Origin: Octopus bimaculoides
Taxonomy: Eukaryota
DNA length: 64,000 bases
Direction: 5' to 3'
NCBI RefSeq assembly: GCF_001194135.2
Contig: NC_068991.1
Coordinates: 1,206,973-1,270,972 of the forward strand
Shown here: piece after piece, positions 63,056 through 64,000 of the stretch
How the letters are laid out: every line of letters starts with the position of its first letter
Position numbering within the stretch: position 1 is the stretch's first letter
Notes under the pieces: generated by a model
The model's database searches: none
What the model was told of the DNA's origin: nothing
The model's input: only the letters and a program-made list of their open reading frames with translations
Made by a program: the position numbers and the translations under genes

Positions 63056-64000
63056 TAAGTATTCAAATCTGCGCTCAAAATAAACAGAATTTCGAAAGGG
63101 TGTACTGTACGCAGCATTATGGAAAAAAATGATCATCAAAACCTAGGAAAACAAACAAACGCACACACATACCGCCCCCACCCCCCACACACACATCATA
63201 ATCATCATCATCATCGTCATCATCATTACCATCATCGTCATTGCAAAAAAAAAATGGAGCAATACCAACATAAACCCTAAAACCCCAAGAGAATGTGTTC
63301 TTTGGATTTTATGCATAAAAAGTAGACATTCGTGGAGCGCAAAAAATGCTTCGTCGACGGAAGCAAATATAAGGGTAAGAGATAAAAATGATTAGAACGT
63401 GCGAAAAAAATGACAGCCCTCACTTCTCAAGATCTGCAGATAAACGGGAAAAAGACATAAACGGTCTCGAGAGGAATAAGAGATACCTTACACAATCAGT
63501 GTAGTCACTAAATGAAACTAGCACAACACGAATGTATGAGATAAGCAGATAAAAGAAAATAAGCGTGATCGCGAAATAACTTGGGATCCCAACAGGCGAT
63601 ACAACAGTTTATGATGGTATTTACCTAAAATGAAAGTGATACCAGACATGGAAATAGAACCGTTAAAATAAAGAATACCCAATGAATATATAAACAATGA
63701 ATAAACCCGACAACAAACAACGGAAATAAAAATATAAGAGCTTAGAACTATCAATATTGAGAAAAACGTAAGCGAGAGACATCGACTTTAGCAGAAGCAA
63801 AACAAAGAGGATAAATAGTCAGGTAGGGCTGAGTGAAAGCCCAGGGCAGCTCTAGGATATCCAATAAGCAGAAAAACAAAACGAAACAAGAACAAAATAA
63901 GGGACATATATACAGAAATAACACTAAAAGGCGGTGTAATAACAGACACACACGCACGCACATCGTGTGTGTATGTGTGTGTATATATATATATATATAT

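Overview
Microsatellite-saturated, gap-rich animal genomic DNA (about 24 N-gaps, roughly 8 kb by eye). The interspersed repeat families and repeat density point to an octopod cephalopod, probably an Octopus short-read assembly; this is inference. Only one convincing intact gene is present: an intronless class A (rhodopsin-like) GPCR at 23221-24435 (+). Almost all other ORFs in the track are translated microsatellites or N-runs. The unique-looking sequence is largely decayed mobile DNA: three SINE-like families, RTE and CR1/L2-type LINE 3' fragments, a Penelope-like RT remnant, a Tc1 transposase remnant and small TIR elements. The most notable observations are: (1) a minimal type I hammerhead ribozyme in a Penelope/retrozyme-like repeat at about 47877-47922, with a second, decayed candidate at about 8981-9041; (2) a 560-bp element with 60-bp near-perfect TIRs and an AATT duplication at 6619-7186; (3) a SINE nested in inverted orientation inside a SINE of its own family, a potential dsRNA; (4) twin DNA palindromes upstream of the GPCR; (5) unusual pocket residues in the GPCR (Arg at 3.32). 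Family assignments come from remembered consensus motifs, not database searches, and TE boundaries are approximate.
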